Positions 6,926 to 16,214 of a stretch of 27,252 bases of DNA are shown piece after piece; the first letter of the stretch is position 1, and each line of letters opens with the position of its first letter. The stretch covers positions 62,001 through 89,252 of the forward strand of contig CAXGAI010000017.1 of assembly GCA_964007735.1 (NCBI GenBank), written 5' to 3'. Under the pieces are notes generated by a model that worked only from the letters and a program-made list of their open reading frames with translations, ran no database searches and was not told the origin of the DNA. The position numbers and the translations under genes are program-made. The stretch comes from an uncultured Rhodopirellula sp. Its GTDB lineage: Bacteria; Planctomycetota; Planctomycetia; Pirellulales; Pirellulaceae.

Positions 6926-8179
6926 GTGGCCAGTTCAATCCAAACATATCGCCTAGCCAACGGGCTTACCTTGCTAATGCAACCGATGCCATGGCTGGAG
7001 TCCGCAGCACTTAGCATTTTAATACCTGCGGGAAGCCAGCGGGATCCGTTAAGTCTGCCTGGACTGGCAAACTTCACGGCAGAGATGGTTCAACGTGGTT
7101 GCGGATCTTATAACAGCCGCGAATACGTTGATCAACTTGATCGGCTTGGAGCGGCTCGTTCAGCATCCGTTACTAATTTCCACACCCGCTTCAGCGCAGC
7201 CGTACCAGCCGATCGTCTCAATGATGCACTGGCACTCTACAAGGAACTCATCTGTGCCCCTCATTTGCCAGAGGAACAACTTGAGGACAGCCGTATGGTT
7301 GCACTTCAGGAGTTGCTGGCGATGGAAGACGATCTGGCACAAAAACTTTTAAGAGAGTTGCGCAAAAGACTTTACCCCGAACCTTATGGACGCAGTTCAA
7401 CCGGCACGCTCGAATCCGTTCAGGCGATCACTCACGAAGATGTCGTGGGGCATGTCGCTAACTACTACGTACCAGACAATGCCGTTATTAGCATCGCCGG
7501 TAAAATCATCTTTGATGATGTGATTAAGGTTGTGGAGCAATTATTCGGAGACTGGCAGGGTACGATTCAAACAAAATTATCCGAAACACCTCCGGCAGAA
7601 GGCCATCATCATATCCAACATGATTCGAGCCAGACTCAGATTGGAATTGTTTACCCAAGTATCCCCTACTCGCACCCGGATTACTTTCTCGCCCGCAGTG
7701 CCATAGGTGTTTTGAGCGATGGCATGAGCTCCCGACTCTTCACCGAGGTGCGCGAAAAACGTGGTCTGTGCTATACCGTTTATGCTATGTGTCACACAAT
7801 CAAAAATCACGGCTGTGTATTGACCTATGCGGGCACCACAACGGAACGAGCTCAAGAGACACTGGATGTCATGTTGGCGGAAATCCGGCGTCTAGGTGAC
7901 GGCGTCCTCGAAGAGGAACTAAAACGTCTCAAAGCCCGTATAAAAACAGGGTTAATAATGCAACAGGAAAGCAGCAGTTCCCGTAGTGTTTCGATGGCCT
8001 CCGACTGGCATTTACTTGGGAGAGTACGAACACTCGAGGAACTATCCGATTTGCTCGATCAGGTAAACACTGAGGCGATTAACGACTACCTTTCGGCAAA
8101 CCCTCCTGGACAATTCAAAGTCATTACACTCGGCCAGCAGGCGTTGGACACCTCCAGGGTAGAGGGAGGCAAGGTATGA
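6926..8179 (+). CDS. M16B peptidase family protein, non-catalytic subunit
   Basis: LANGL start and AGSQRDP..LPGLANFTAEM (HXXEH replaced). C-terminal GMSSRLFTEVREKRGLCY retains the R/Y substrate-binding pair. Confidence 0.9.
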   Translation: MASSIQTYRLANGLTLLMQPMPWLESAALSILIPAGSQRDPLSLPGLANFTAEMVQRGCGSYNSREYVDQLDRLGAARSASVTNFHTRFSAAVPADRLNDALALYKELICAPHLPEEQLEDSRMVALQELLAMEDDLAQKLLRELRKRLYPEPYGRSSTGTLESVQAITHEDVVGHVANYYVPDNAVISIAGKIIFDDVIKVVEQLFGDWQGTIQTKLSETPPAEGHHHIQHDSSQTQIGIVYPSIPYSHPDYFLARSAIGVLSDGMSSRLFTEVREKRGLCYTVYAMCHTIKNHGCVLTYAGTTTERAQETLDVMLAEIRRLGDGVLEEELKRLKARIKTGLIMQQESSSSRSVSMASDWHLLGRVRTLEELSDLLDQVNTEAINDYLSANPPGQFKVITLGQQALDTSRVEGGKV

Positions 8180-9417
8180 GTATTGTTGAATTCCGTCACC
8201 ACACCTTAAGTAATGGGCTTGATGTTGTAGCTGAATGCAATCCAAACGCTTACAGCACCGGCCTGGCCTATTTTGTAAAAACGGGGTCCCGAGATGAAAC
8301 TCCCGAAATCTCCGGAGTCAGCCACTTTCTGGAGCATATGGTGTTCAAGGGAACGCCAACCCGCACAGCAGAGCAAGTAAACCAACAACTTGACGAGATA
8401 GGCTCGCAAAGCAATGCTTTCACTTCCGAAGAGCAAACCGTTTACTATTGTGCCGTCCTACCTGAATACCAGCTGGATGCGCTCGAACTTCTAAGTGACA
8501 TCCTTCGTCCCTTACTGCGTCAGGAAGACTTTGATACAGAAAAACAGGTTATTCTGGAGGAAATCGCCAAGTACGACGATCAACCCCCCTTCGGTGCCCA
8601 TGAAAAAGCCCTCGCCCTGCATTTCCAAAACCACCCGCTTGGAAAGTCCGTTTTAGGCACAAGAGAAACCGTGGGGGACCTCACTAGCGCACAAATGATG
8701 GAATACTTCAATCGACGCTATAGTGCCGGCAACATTGTTCTGGCAATGGCGGGGAACGTCAACTTCGATGCCGTCATTGCACAACTAGAAAACCAGATCG
8801 GGCATTGGCAAAACTATGACACCCAACGCGACACCCCCCGAGCCCAACCGAATTCAGCTTTTCACTCCATCAAGAAAGCAAGTGCTCATCAACAGTATAT
8901 CATCCAAATCAGCAACGGCCCCGCAGCTGAAGATAACAATCGATATGCGAGCCGGCTTCTAGGTTTGATTTTTGGTGATGAAAGTAATAGCCGACTATTC
9001 TGGGAAATGATCGATACTGGTAAGGCTGAATACGCGGTAGTGGAACCTTCCGAATATCAGGGAACCGGGATCTTTCTTTCCTACCTCTGTTGCCAACCTA
9101 AGAATACAGAGGAAATTCTGGCTCTCTATCAAAACATCGCTCGCGACATTCAGGCGAATGGAGTGACCGACCAGGAATTGGAGTTAGCCAAAAACAAAGT
9201 TTGCTCTCACATTGTATTGCGCGCAGAACGAGCGGCTAGCCGTATGTTTGGGATTGGAAACAACTGGGTACAACGTGGAGAATACGCAACCGTCCAGGAA
9301 TCCATCCAGCATTTCCAAAGTGTGACCACACAAGATATTGCAGAAGTTTTAGAAAAATATCCCCTAACTCAATGCACGTCGGTTGCTATCGGACCAACAA
9401 AAATAGAACCTAAATAG
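8176..9417 (+). CDS. M16B zinc peptidase, catalytic subunit
   Basis: GSRDE...GVSHFLEHMVFKGT (inverted HXXEH), NAFTS and EKQVILEE distal Glu. ATGA overlap with the upstream paralog. Confidence 0.93.
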   Translation: MSIVEFRHHTLSNGLDVVAECNPNAYSTGLAYFVKTGSRDETPEISGVSHFLEHMVFKGTPTRTAEQVNQQLDEIGSQSNAFTSEEQTVYYCAVLPEYQLDALELLSDILRPLLRQEDFDTEKQVILEEIAKYDDQPPFGAHEKALALHFQNHPLGKSVLGTRETVGDLTSAQMMEYFNRRYSAGNIVLAMAGNVNFDAVIAQLENQIGHWQNYDTQRDTPRAQPNSAFHSIKKASAHQQYIIQISNGPAAEDNNRYASRLLGLIFGDESNSRLFWEMIDTGKAEYAVVEPSEYQGTGIFLSYLCCQPKNTEEILALYQNIARDIQANGVTDQELELAKNKVCSHIVLRAERAASRMFGIGNNWVQRGEYATVQESIQHFQSVTTQDIAEVLEKYPLTQCTSVAIGPTKIEPK

Positions 9418-9466
9418 ATATGCGATACATCGCGTACTTTCTCCAACAACAGGAATAGAACTAAAA

Positions 9467-9925
9467 ATGGAAAGATCACTAGTCTTATTGAAACCGGACT
9501 GTGTCCAACGTCGCCTGATGGGCGAAATTATTACTCGCTTTGAAAACAAGGGGCTTAACATCATCGGCATGAAAATGCTGCAGGTGACTCCTGAGATGGC
9601 CAAACAGCATTACGCCGAGCACGTGGAGAAACCTTTTTACCCGGGGCTAGAGGCATTCATTACCGGCGGGCCTATCGTAGCTATGTGTATCGAGGGTATC
9701 GATGTCATTCAAGTCGTTCGTGACATGCTCGGAGCAACCAATGGCCGTAACGCCGCTCCCGGCACCGTACGTGGTGACTACAGTGCCAGTCGGCAAATGA
9801 ATCTTGTTCACGCCTCAGACGGGTCGGAGGCGGCTGAACGAGAACTAAATCTCTATTTTGAGCCAACAGAGCTTTGTCCTAACGAACCAACATTAACACC
9901 ATGGCTCAAAGCGGCGGATGAATAA
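9467..9925 (+). CDS. ndk: Nucleoside-diphosphate kinase
   Basis: ERSLVLLKPDCVQR, HYAEHVEKPFY, GATN...AAPGTVRGDY and catalytic NLVHASD. Confidence 0.97.
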   Translation: MERSLVLLKPDCVQRRLMGEIITRFENKGLNIIGMKMLQVTPEMAKQHYAEHVEKPFYPGLEAFITGGPIVAMCIEGIDVIQVVRDMLGATNGRNAAPGTVRGDYSASRQMNLVHASDGSEAAERELNLYFEPTELCPNEPTLTPWLKAADE

Positions 9926-9937
9926 TCCCTAACTATT

Positions 9938-9978
9938 AAAAAAAACTCTTCAGCGTTTTCGCAGAAGAGTTTTTTTTT
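9938..9978. terminator. Bidirectional intrinsic terminator between ndk and tRNA-Pro
   Basis: A8-CTCTTC-a-GCG-tttt-CGC-a-GAAGAG-T9: hairpin flanked by an A-run and a T-run between convergent genes. Confidence 0.88.
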
Positions 9979-9985
9979 GGGACAG

Positions 9986-10060
9986 TCGGGATGAGAGGAT
10001 TTGAACCTCCGACCTTTTGACCCCCAGTCAAACGCGCTAACCAGGCTGCGCTACATCCCG
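9986..10060 (-). tRNA. tRNA-Pro(GGG)
   Basis: Minus strand CGGGATGTAGCGCAGCCTGGTTAGCGCGTTTGACTGGGGGTCAAAAGGTCGGAGGTTCAAATCCTCTCATCCCGA. Anticodon arm TTTGA-CTGGGGG-TCAAA, T-loop GTTCAAATC; CCA is not encoded. Confidence 0.96.
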
Positions 10061-10075
10061 TTGGTTACTTCCACT

Positions 10076-10103
10076 ATTCTAAGCACCCGACGATAATCTG
10101 CAA
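10076..10103 (-). promoter_or_regulatory. Predicted sigma70 promoter of tRNA-Pro
   Basis: Minus strand TTGCAG (10103-10098), 16-nt spacer, TAGAAT (10081-10076), 15 bp upstream of the tRNA 5' end. Confidence 0.6.
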
Positions 10104-10341
10104 CTACACATCCGAACCTCCTCGTGGGCAGTTGGGGCCAATCAGTTACCACAAAGATGTATCCGCTCCAAACAACGCTCGGTTCTCGTGCTAGTCACAA
10201 TAGCATCTCCCGTGAGTTCGCGTCTGCCTATGGCTTCATCAAAACCCTTTTGCAAAACATGTCTCCTGTCTTACCGGCGTCAGCTACTAGAAACGACCTT
10301 GAAAAAGGGGTATTATCTAGTTCACCAAGGAGGGAATTATT

Positions 10342-11271
10342 GTGACAAATTTTGCTGACCGTCTCGTTTCAGCGATTCAACGCTGTAAGACACCAACGCT
10401 GGTGGGAATTGATCCCAGACTCAACAGCCTGCCTCAGCCCCTTCAACCTGAGTCAAACACCCCCTCCCCGGAAGAAATAGCCTCTGCTTATCTAGCTTTC
10501 GGTAAGGGGATTGTTGACGTCGTGGCTTCTTTAGTCCCGGCGGTAAAGCCGCAGGCAGCCTTTTTCGAACAACTCGGCCCTTGTGGGATGATTGCACTTG
10601 GCGAAATCACCCAATATGCCCGTAGCCGAGGCCTGCTGGTAATTATGGATGGCAAACGAAATGATATCGGTAGTACGGCCACCGCTTATGCCCACGGATT
10701 CCTTGGTGAACACGGGAGCACTCAATTCACTTCAGATTGTCTAACGGTTAGCCCGTACCTAGGCGAAGATAGTCTAGAGCCTTTCGTGAAAGTAGCAGAC
10801 AAGAATGGCAACGGCATTTTTGTCCTGGTCAAAACATCGAATCCCGGTGGAGGCCGTTTCCAGGACCTTCTCTCAGATGGCAAACCTATTTATCGGCATG
10901 TGGCTTCTCTGGTAAACGAATTAGCGAATAACACTCGTGGCAGTGGTAGCCATCCCTACGGAGCGGTGGGGGCGGTTGTGGGGGCAACTTATCCAGAGCA
11001 ATTAGTGGAACTTCGTGAAGCCATGCCAAACACGTTCTTCCTTGTTCCAGGTTTTGGTGCTCAGGGAGGTGGTGCAGCAGACGTCGCCGGTGCATTTGAT
11101 GAACATGGCCTCGGTGCCATCATCAATAGCTCACGAGGTATCATCTTCGCTCACGCACGTGAACCATATGCTGAAAAGTTTGGTGACCAACGATGGCAGG
11201 AAGCAGTGGAAGCGGCGACCCGTGACATGATTGCTGCCTTAGCCGCCGACACCCCGGCGGGAACCCTGTAA
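10342..11271 (+). CDS. pyrF: Orotidine-5'-phosphate decarboxylase (long, subfamily 2)
   Basis: VGIDP, VKPQAAFFE, catalytic DGKRNDIGST, TVSPYLG, LVKTSNP, GAVVGAT, LVPGFGAQGG and NSSRGII. GTG start preceded by AGGAGGG. Confidence 0.96.
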   Translation: MTNFADRLVSAIQRCKTPTLVGIDPRLNSLPQPLQPESNTPSPEEIASAYLAFGKGIVDVVASLVPAVKPQAAFFEQLGPCGMIALGEITQYARSRGLLVIMDGKRNDIGSTATAYAHGFLGEHGSTQFTSDCLTVSPYLGEDSLEPFVKVADKNGNGIFVLVKTSNPGGGRFQDLLSDGKPIYRHVASLVNELANNTRGSGSHPYGAVGAVVGATYPEQLVELREAMPNTFFLVPGFGAQGGGAADVAGAFDEHGLGAIINSSRGIIFAHAREPYAEKFGDQRWQEAVEAATRDMIAALAADTPAGTL

Positions 11272-11281
11272 GACACTTGTA

Positions 11282-12010
11282 ATGGCTGCCATTGCTCTAA
11301 AAACCCGGCGAGGCTATCTGGCACTCCTCTGCATTCTGCTAATCGTCAGCATTGTCATCTTGACCGTCGACCGGCAGGCCGTGCTGGAGTGGCTGGCTCA
11401 ACAGCAGACCGCTGCCGTAGCATACACTCAACAGAACCTCTGGCAGGCGATCACTATCGCCTTTGTCGTCTACGTTGTTGTAACGGCTTCCGGCTTTCCC
11501 GGCTCAACAGCACTCTCCATCGTTTCTGCCACAATACTGCCCTATTGGGCAAGTGTATTTACAGTCAGTTTTGCGTCCACCATGGGGGCGACCTGCGCAA
11601 TGCTTATGAGCCGATATTTATTCCGTGACATGGTCAAAAGCTGGTTTGGAGAACGCTATGAAACTTTTGAGCTACTATGGGAACGTGAGGGGATTTGGTA
11701 TCTCTACAGCATGCGACTAGCGCCCTATGTCCCCTTTTTCTCAATTAACCTGCTGATGGGCCTAACCAAGATCAAAGTCAGGGATTACTGGATCGCCAGC
11801 CAACTAGGGATGCTACCCGGCACATTAGTCAATCTTTATCTGGGAAGCCGTTTACCCCCTCTGAAAGAACTGCTGGAAACAGGTATTCCTGCATTACTCG
11901 ATTTACCACTGATCATTGGTTTTACGCTTCTTGCTCTGGTACCCATCCTCATCCGACTCGTAATCAAACGACGGTCTCCAAACATTGACGATGCCAAACA
12001 AAAACGGTGA
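11282..12010 (+). CDS. TVP38/TMEM64 (VTT/DedA superfamily) membrane protein
   Basis: Multiple TM segments; FPGS...ASTMGAT...SRYLFRD, MRLAPYVPFFSINLLMGLT and SQLGMLPGT motifs. Confidence 0.9.
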   Translation: MAAIALKTRRGYLALLCILLIVSIVILTVDRQAVLEWLAQQQTAAVAYTQQNLWQAITIAFVVYVVVTASGFPGSTALSIVSATILPYWASVFTVSFASTMGATCAMLMSRYLFRDMVKSWFGERYETFELLWEREGIWYLYSMRLAPYVPFFSINLLMGLTKIKVRDYWIASQLGMLPGTLVNLYLGSRLPPLKELLETGIPALLDLPLIIGFTLLALVPILIRLVIKRRSPNIDDAKQKR

Positions 12011-12059
12011 GGTATACTAGAGAACGCGACTAACATTCTCTTTAAGACTGGGTTCTAAT

Positions 12060-13502
12060 TTGGCTCGATTCATCACTCTTTTGACACAACTTTCAATATT
12101 CTGTCTGTGTCTTTTGTTTACCTGCCAGCTTTTTTCTCAAAGTAAATCCAATTTGAATCCTCCTAATATCGTCATGATATTCATCGACGACATGGGGTGG
12201 GGCGATTTAGGTTGCTATGGAAATCCTGACATTAAGACGCCCAACATCGATGCTTTAGCCGCGCGTGGTATTCGATTTGAACAATTCTATGTTGCCTCAC
12301 CAATCTGTAGTCCATCTCGTGTCGCCGTAACAACCGGACAATTTCCTGCTCGTCATAAGATCAACTCTTACCTGAATTCACGCGCCCGCAATGCTGCCCG
12401 GGGAATGGTCAATTTCCTCGATCCGAATGTGCCGGCCATCGCACGTACTTTTCAGGATGCGGGCTACGCGACCGCTCACTTTGGTAAATGGCATATGGGC
12501 GGAGGGCGTGATGTGGACGATGCGCCGCTGCCTCAGGCTTACGGCTTTACCGAATCACTCGTTTCATTCGAAGGACTTGGCGACAGAATCCTTCAGGCCA
12601 ATAACCACGGTCTCTCTGCTCAAAGCGCAAAGTTAGGCCACGGTGAAATCACCTATATTGAAAAACACAAGAACACCGAGACTTATGTAAATCGCAGTCT
12701 CGAATTTATCGAGAAAAACAAGAACCACTCATTCTACGTACACTTGTGGCTTAATGATGTTCATGATCCCTTCCGTCCCACGCAACTGCAACTTAACAAG
12801 TTCAAAGCATATGGCGAAAACAAGTATCTGCAACAGTATTATGCCGTCATGGACGAAATGGACCATCAACTCGGCAGACTCTTTGACCGGATTACAGATC
12901 TCAACCTAGATAAAAAGACGATTATTGTTGTTTGTGCAGACAATGGACCAACCGCTTGGCCTCGTTACAAACGAGAGGGCTTTGATGCACCCGGCTGGAC
13001 AGGCGGACTACGGGGCCGCAAATGGAGTCTTTATGAAGGCGGAATTCGCGAACCCTTAATCGTTAGTTGGCCCGGAACCATTAAAGCTGCCCAGGTCGAT
13101 AAAACATCTGTTATCAATGCGGTGGATTTCTTTCCAACATTTTGTAGTCTAGCCGGCATTAAGGCTCCCAATGTGACATGGGACGGAATCGACTTCAAAC
13201 AGGCCCTATTAGAAAAACCAATCAAGCGTCAGGTGCCTATGTACTGGGAATACGGTCGCAACCCATCTTATCTTAGACCAGCCGACATTAATGACCGCAG
13301 CCCGGTCCTCGCTGTGCGACAAGATAACTGGAAACTTTTAATGAACGCTGACGGTTCAGACAGGCAGTTATACAATCTGTCCGAAACACGAGATGAAAAA
13401 GAAAATCTTGCCGCAAAGTACCCACGCATTGCAAATTCTTTGTCACGAAAATTAATGGATTGGAAAGAAAGCCTACCTAATTACCCGGAGGCCGGAGACT
13501 AA
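12060..13502 (+). CDS. Secreted formylglycine-dependent sulfatase (arylsulfatase-like, S1 family)
   Basis: Signal peptide, PNIVMIFIDDMGWGD, CSPSR formylglycine motif, GYATAHFGKWHMG, DNG and KWSLYEGGIREP. Confidence 0.94.
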   Translation: MARFITLLTQLSIFCLCLLFTCQLFSQSKSNLNPPNIVMIFIDDMGWGDLGCYGNPDIKTPNIDALAARGIRFEQFYVASPICSPSRVAVTTGQFPARHKINSYLNSRARNAARGMVNFLDPNVPAIARTFQDAGYATAHFGKWHMGGGRDVDDAPLPQAYGFTESLVSFEGLGDRILQANNHGLSAQSAKLGHGEITYIEKHKNTETYVNRSLEFIEKNKNHSFYVHLWLNDVHDPFRPTQLQLNKFKAYGENKYLQQYYAVMDEMDHQLGRLFDRITDLNLDKKTIIVVCADNGPTAWPRYKREGFDAPGWTGGLRGRKWSLYEGGIREPLIVSWPGTIKAAQVDKTSVINAVDFFPTFCSLAGIKAPNVTWDGIDFKQALLEKPIKRQVPMYWEYGRNPSYLRPADINDRSPVLAVRQDNWKLLMNADGSDRQLYNLSETRDEKENLAAKYPRIANSLSRKLMDWKESLPNYPEAGD

Positions 13503-14884
13503 TGCCAGCTTCATTCGATACCTTTGGACTATCGCCTCCGTTGCTACGAGCCATTAAAAGCCGAGGCTACGAGATACCGACGCCGATTCAAAAAGATGCC
13601 ATCCCACTGATTCTGGACGGCAAGGACGTCCTGGGATGTGCGCAGACCGGCACAGGAAAAACTGCTGCCTTTGCATTGCCGGCGATTGAACAATTGCTCG
13701 ACGAGGAAACAAACCGTCATCACAAGTTAAGCGTGCTCGTCCTTTCCCCTACAAGGGAACTCGCCGTCCAGATAAACGATTGCTTTGAAGACTACTCTAA
13801 ACACACCAACGTACGACAAACCGTCATTCATGGTGGTGTGGGCGCCAACCCTCAGATCCAACGAATACGACGAGGAATGGACATCGTTGTCGCCACTCCG
13901 GGACGCCTGCTCGACCTACATGGACAAAATCATATTGATCTCAGTACCGTGCAACTTCTGGTAATCGACGAAGCGGACATGATGCTGGACATGGGATTTA
14001 TCGATGACGTTTCGAAGATCGTCCATCTGGTAAGTAATCGACAACAAACCTTGCTGTTTTCAGCGACGTTACCAGAAGAAATACAAACCATTGCTTCCGA
14101 TTGGTTATCTACACCAACAACAATCAATGTTGTTCCAGATGCGATTCCGATTCACCTCATTAACCAATCCGTTTTTTATGTTGAAAACATCAATAAGGAC
14201 CTCCTGTTGATCCAGTATCTATTCGCAAAACCACGCGCAAGAACCCTTGTGTTCGTAAGAACCAAGCAAGATGCCGAACGGGTAGCGAGAAACATTAATC
14301 ACGCAAAACTTGAAGCCCTGCCACTTCACGGAAATAAAAGTCAGGGCCGCCGCAGAAAAGCCCTGGAAGCTTTTAAGTCCGAACAGGCCCCTATTCTGGT
14401 AGCAACGGATGTCGCAGCTCGTGGCCTGGATATTGACAACATTTCCCATGTCATTAATTATGCTCTCCCTGAGTATCCGGAAATATATATCCATCGCGTC
14501 GGAAGAACCGGCCGAGCGGGATCCAAAGGTGAAGCCATATCGTTATGTGCTTCACACGAACGCTATTATCTGCAACAGATTGAGAAGCTCGCAGGAATTT
14601 CGATCGATGTACGGGAATGGAATTACGATGATTTTGGCAATCTTCTCCAATTAGAGAGAGCCATGAGCCGTAAGAAGGGTAAGCGAGCAGAAAAACCTGA
14701 AAACACCGAAACGGTGGAAGAAAACGAATCGGGCGGAAACACATGGGTACGCGATGGCCGCGGAAAAAAGAAAAAGAAAAAGAAAAACAAACGTAAACGC
14801 CAGTCCAAAGTCATCACGATGGATGACATTACACCCTCTCGCGACACTGACAAATACGCTCCCAGAAAACGTACGCTGGACTAG
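13502..14884 (+). CDS. DEAD-box ATP-dependent RNA helicase (RhlE-like) with basic C-terminal tail
   Basis: Q motif PTPIQ, AQTGTGKT, PTRELA, TPGRLLD, DEAD, SAT, ARGLD and HRVGRTGRAG. Confidence 0.95.
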   Translation: MPASFDTFGLSPPLLRAIKSRGYEIPTPIQKDAIPLILDGKDVLGCAQTGTGKTAAFALPAIEQLLDEETNRHHKLSVLVLSPTRELAVQINDCFEDYSKHTNVRQTVIHGGVGANPQIQRIRRGMDIVVATPGRLLDLHGQNHIDLSTVQLLVIDEADMMLDMGFIDDVSKIVHLVSNRQQTLLFSATLPEEIQTIASDWLSTPTTINVVPDAIPIHLINQSVFYVENINKDLLLIQYLFAKPRARTLVFVRTKQDAERVARNINHAKLEALPLHGNKSQGRRRKALEAFKSEQAPILVATDVAARGLDIDNISHVINYALPEYPEIYIHRVGRTGRAGSKGEAISLCASHERYYLQQIEKLAGISIDVREWNYDDFGNLLQLERAMSRKKGKRAEKPENTETVEENESGGNTWVRDGRGKKKKKKKNKRKRQSKVITMDDITPSRDTDKYAPRKRTLD

Positions 14885-15342
14885 TCTGACACTTCAACAA
14901 GAAGACTAATCTGGCACGCTGCATTCAATGGCAATTCAGAGACTCCAATCGCCGTCCGCGTATGACGCCCAGCATCCCCAAACACTTCAGCAATAAAATC
15001 GCTAGCTCCATTCATTACTACCGACTGCCCCTGAAATCCGACTGCACTTTGCACAAACCCCTCCACGCGAAGCACGCGAACCACTCTGGATAAGTCACCA
15101 ACCATTGCTTTAATCTGGGCCAAGCCATTGATCACGGCGAGTTTGGCTGCTTCAGCCCCCTGGTCGGATGTGAGTTCCCCCCCCACTTTTCCGGGAAGCA
15201 CTACGTTGCCATCTACCAAAGGTAATTGTCCGGCGGTCATCACCAGATTTCCTGTTTGAACACAAGGTACATAATTAGCTACGGCCGCCGGAGCATCGGG
15301 GAGTTGTATTCCGAGCTCAGCGAGTCGATCTTTTGGAGTCAT
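14881..15342 (-). CDS. RidA/YjgF/UK114 family protein (Rid1-like)
   Basis: LAELGIQLP..PAAVANYVP, AGQLP, MNGASD...EVFGDAGRHTRTAIGVSELPLNA with the conserved Arg. ATG at 15342 preferred because the longer start overlaps the upstream gene. Confidence 0.9.
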   Translation of the reverse strand: MTPKDRLAELGIQLPDAPAAVANYVPCVQTGNLVMTAGQLPLVDGNVVLPGKVGGELTSDQGAEAAKLAVINGLAQIKAMVGDLSRVVRVLRVEGFVQSAVGFQGQSVVMNGASDFIAEVFGDAGRHTRTAIGVSELPLNAACQISLLVEVSD

Positions 15343-15385
15343 TGACTTTCGATCCGGAAGAGCGATTTTATTAATTATCGATGTA

Positions 15386-16057
15386 TTATTTAGGCGTGGT
15401 ACCCGGAGCACTATTTAAAGGCAGATTAAACCATCCACTGGTTCCGATGTTAATCACACCTTCACAAGCGATGGCCGGCGGCACATTGACTTTGACATAT
15501 AGAATACCATTTTTCTCAGGTACCAAGGTGTCTTCCTTGCCGATAAGAAATGGCTTACCTGGTTTCTTATCCGTGTAATAAGCTCCGATTAAGGCCCCTA
15601 ATGGAAATTCAGGATGCATCCCGTTCTTTTTAACGTCTCCATGCTCAAAACCCATCGCATTCGGCTCTTGCCTTAAAGTCATTGTGTAGGTACCTGCCGT
15701 TAAAACTCGGAATTTACGTCCTTTATAGACCTTCCCAATTGATATCCAACCTTTTGAGGTATCAAGCATATGCACTTGTTGGTTAGCAGCGACTAACTGC
15801 TGATCGAGGAATTCAATTTTTGCATCCACACCAGAAATCCGGTTATCAAGTCGCTGAATCTGCTCGTACATATTCTTTGCTTTTTGTAAATCACCGTTCT
15901 TTTCGTATTCAATGGCAATCTCCATACCATCTTTAATGAATACTTGAATCGCTTTGCGGGTACGCAAATCAAGTGCATTAGACTCCCCTTGACCCTGCCC
16001 AAAGACCAGGGATGAACAAGTCAAAGTTACAAAATAGAGGACACAAATAGTTCTCAC
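15386..16057 (-). CDS. Secreted hypothetical protein: short TPR-like helical region plus beta-sandwich domain
   Basis: Signal peptide; AIEYEKNGDLQKAKNMYEQIQRLD is TPR-like. C-terminal GW....V.KG..FRVLTAGTY...PLGALIG...PFLIG...GILYVKVN recalls LecA/PA-IL-like domains. Confidence 0.7.
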   Translation of the reverse strand: MRTICVLYFVTLTCSSLVFGQGQGESNALDLRTRKAIQVFIKDGMEIAIEYEKNGDLQKAKNMYEQIQRLDNRISGVDAKIEFLDQQLVAANQQVHMLDTSKGWISIGKVYKGRKFRVLTAGTYTMTLRQEPNAMGFEHGDVKKNGMHPEFPLGALIGAYYTDKKPGKPFLIGKEDTLVPEKNGILYVKVNVPPAIACEGVINIGTSGWFNLPLNSAPGTTPK

Positions 16058-16214
16058 AGTTCTTCTCCGCTCATAAAGTGCTATTCCTTTGAATTATAGA
16101 CTCCGGCCGGCCAGCAACAGCGAAACATTCTAAATTGGCCTCAATAATTCCGAAGTCTCCTTGGTCCATCAGTTAGAATAAATCTGTCGATTCTCCAAGC
16201 AGGGATTCATTGCG

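Noticed and set aside
6358..9417. RiPP or PQQ biosynthetic cluster
   Set aside because: No precursor peptide, radical SAM, RRE or exporter gene nearby; flanked by ndk and other housekeeping genes.
9986..10060. tRNA-Pro as an island integration site
   Set aside because: No integrase and no duplicated tRNA 3' end seen; the flanks are ndk and pyrF.
10124..10345. 73-aa ORF or pyrimidine attenuator upstream of pyrF
   Set aside because: No protein-like features or clear RBS, and no convincing PyrR-type or terminator hairpin; likely a divergent promoter region.
15343..15411. N-terminal extension of the Rid ORF
   Set aside because: It overlaps the upstream gene; family similarity begins at MTPKDRL (15342).
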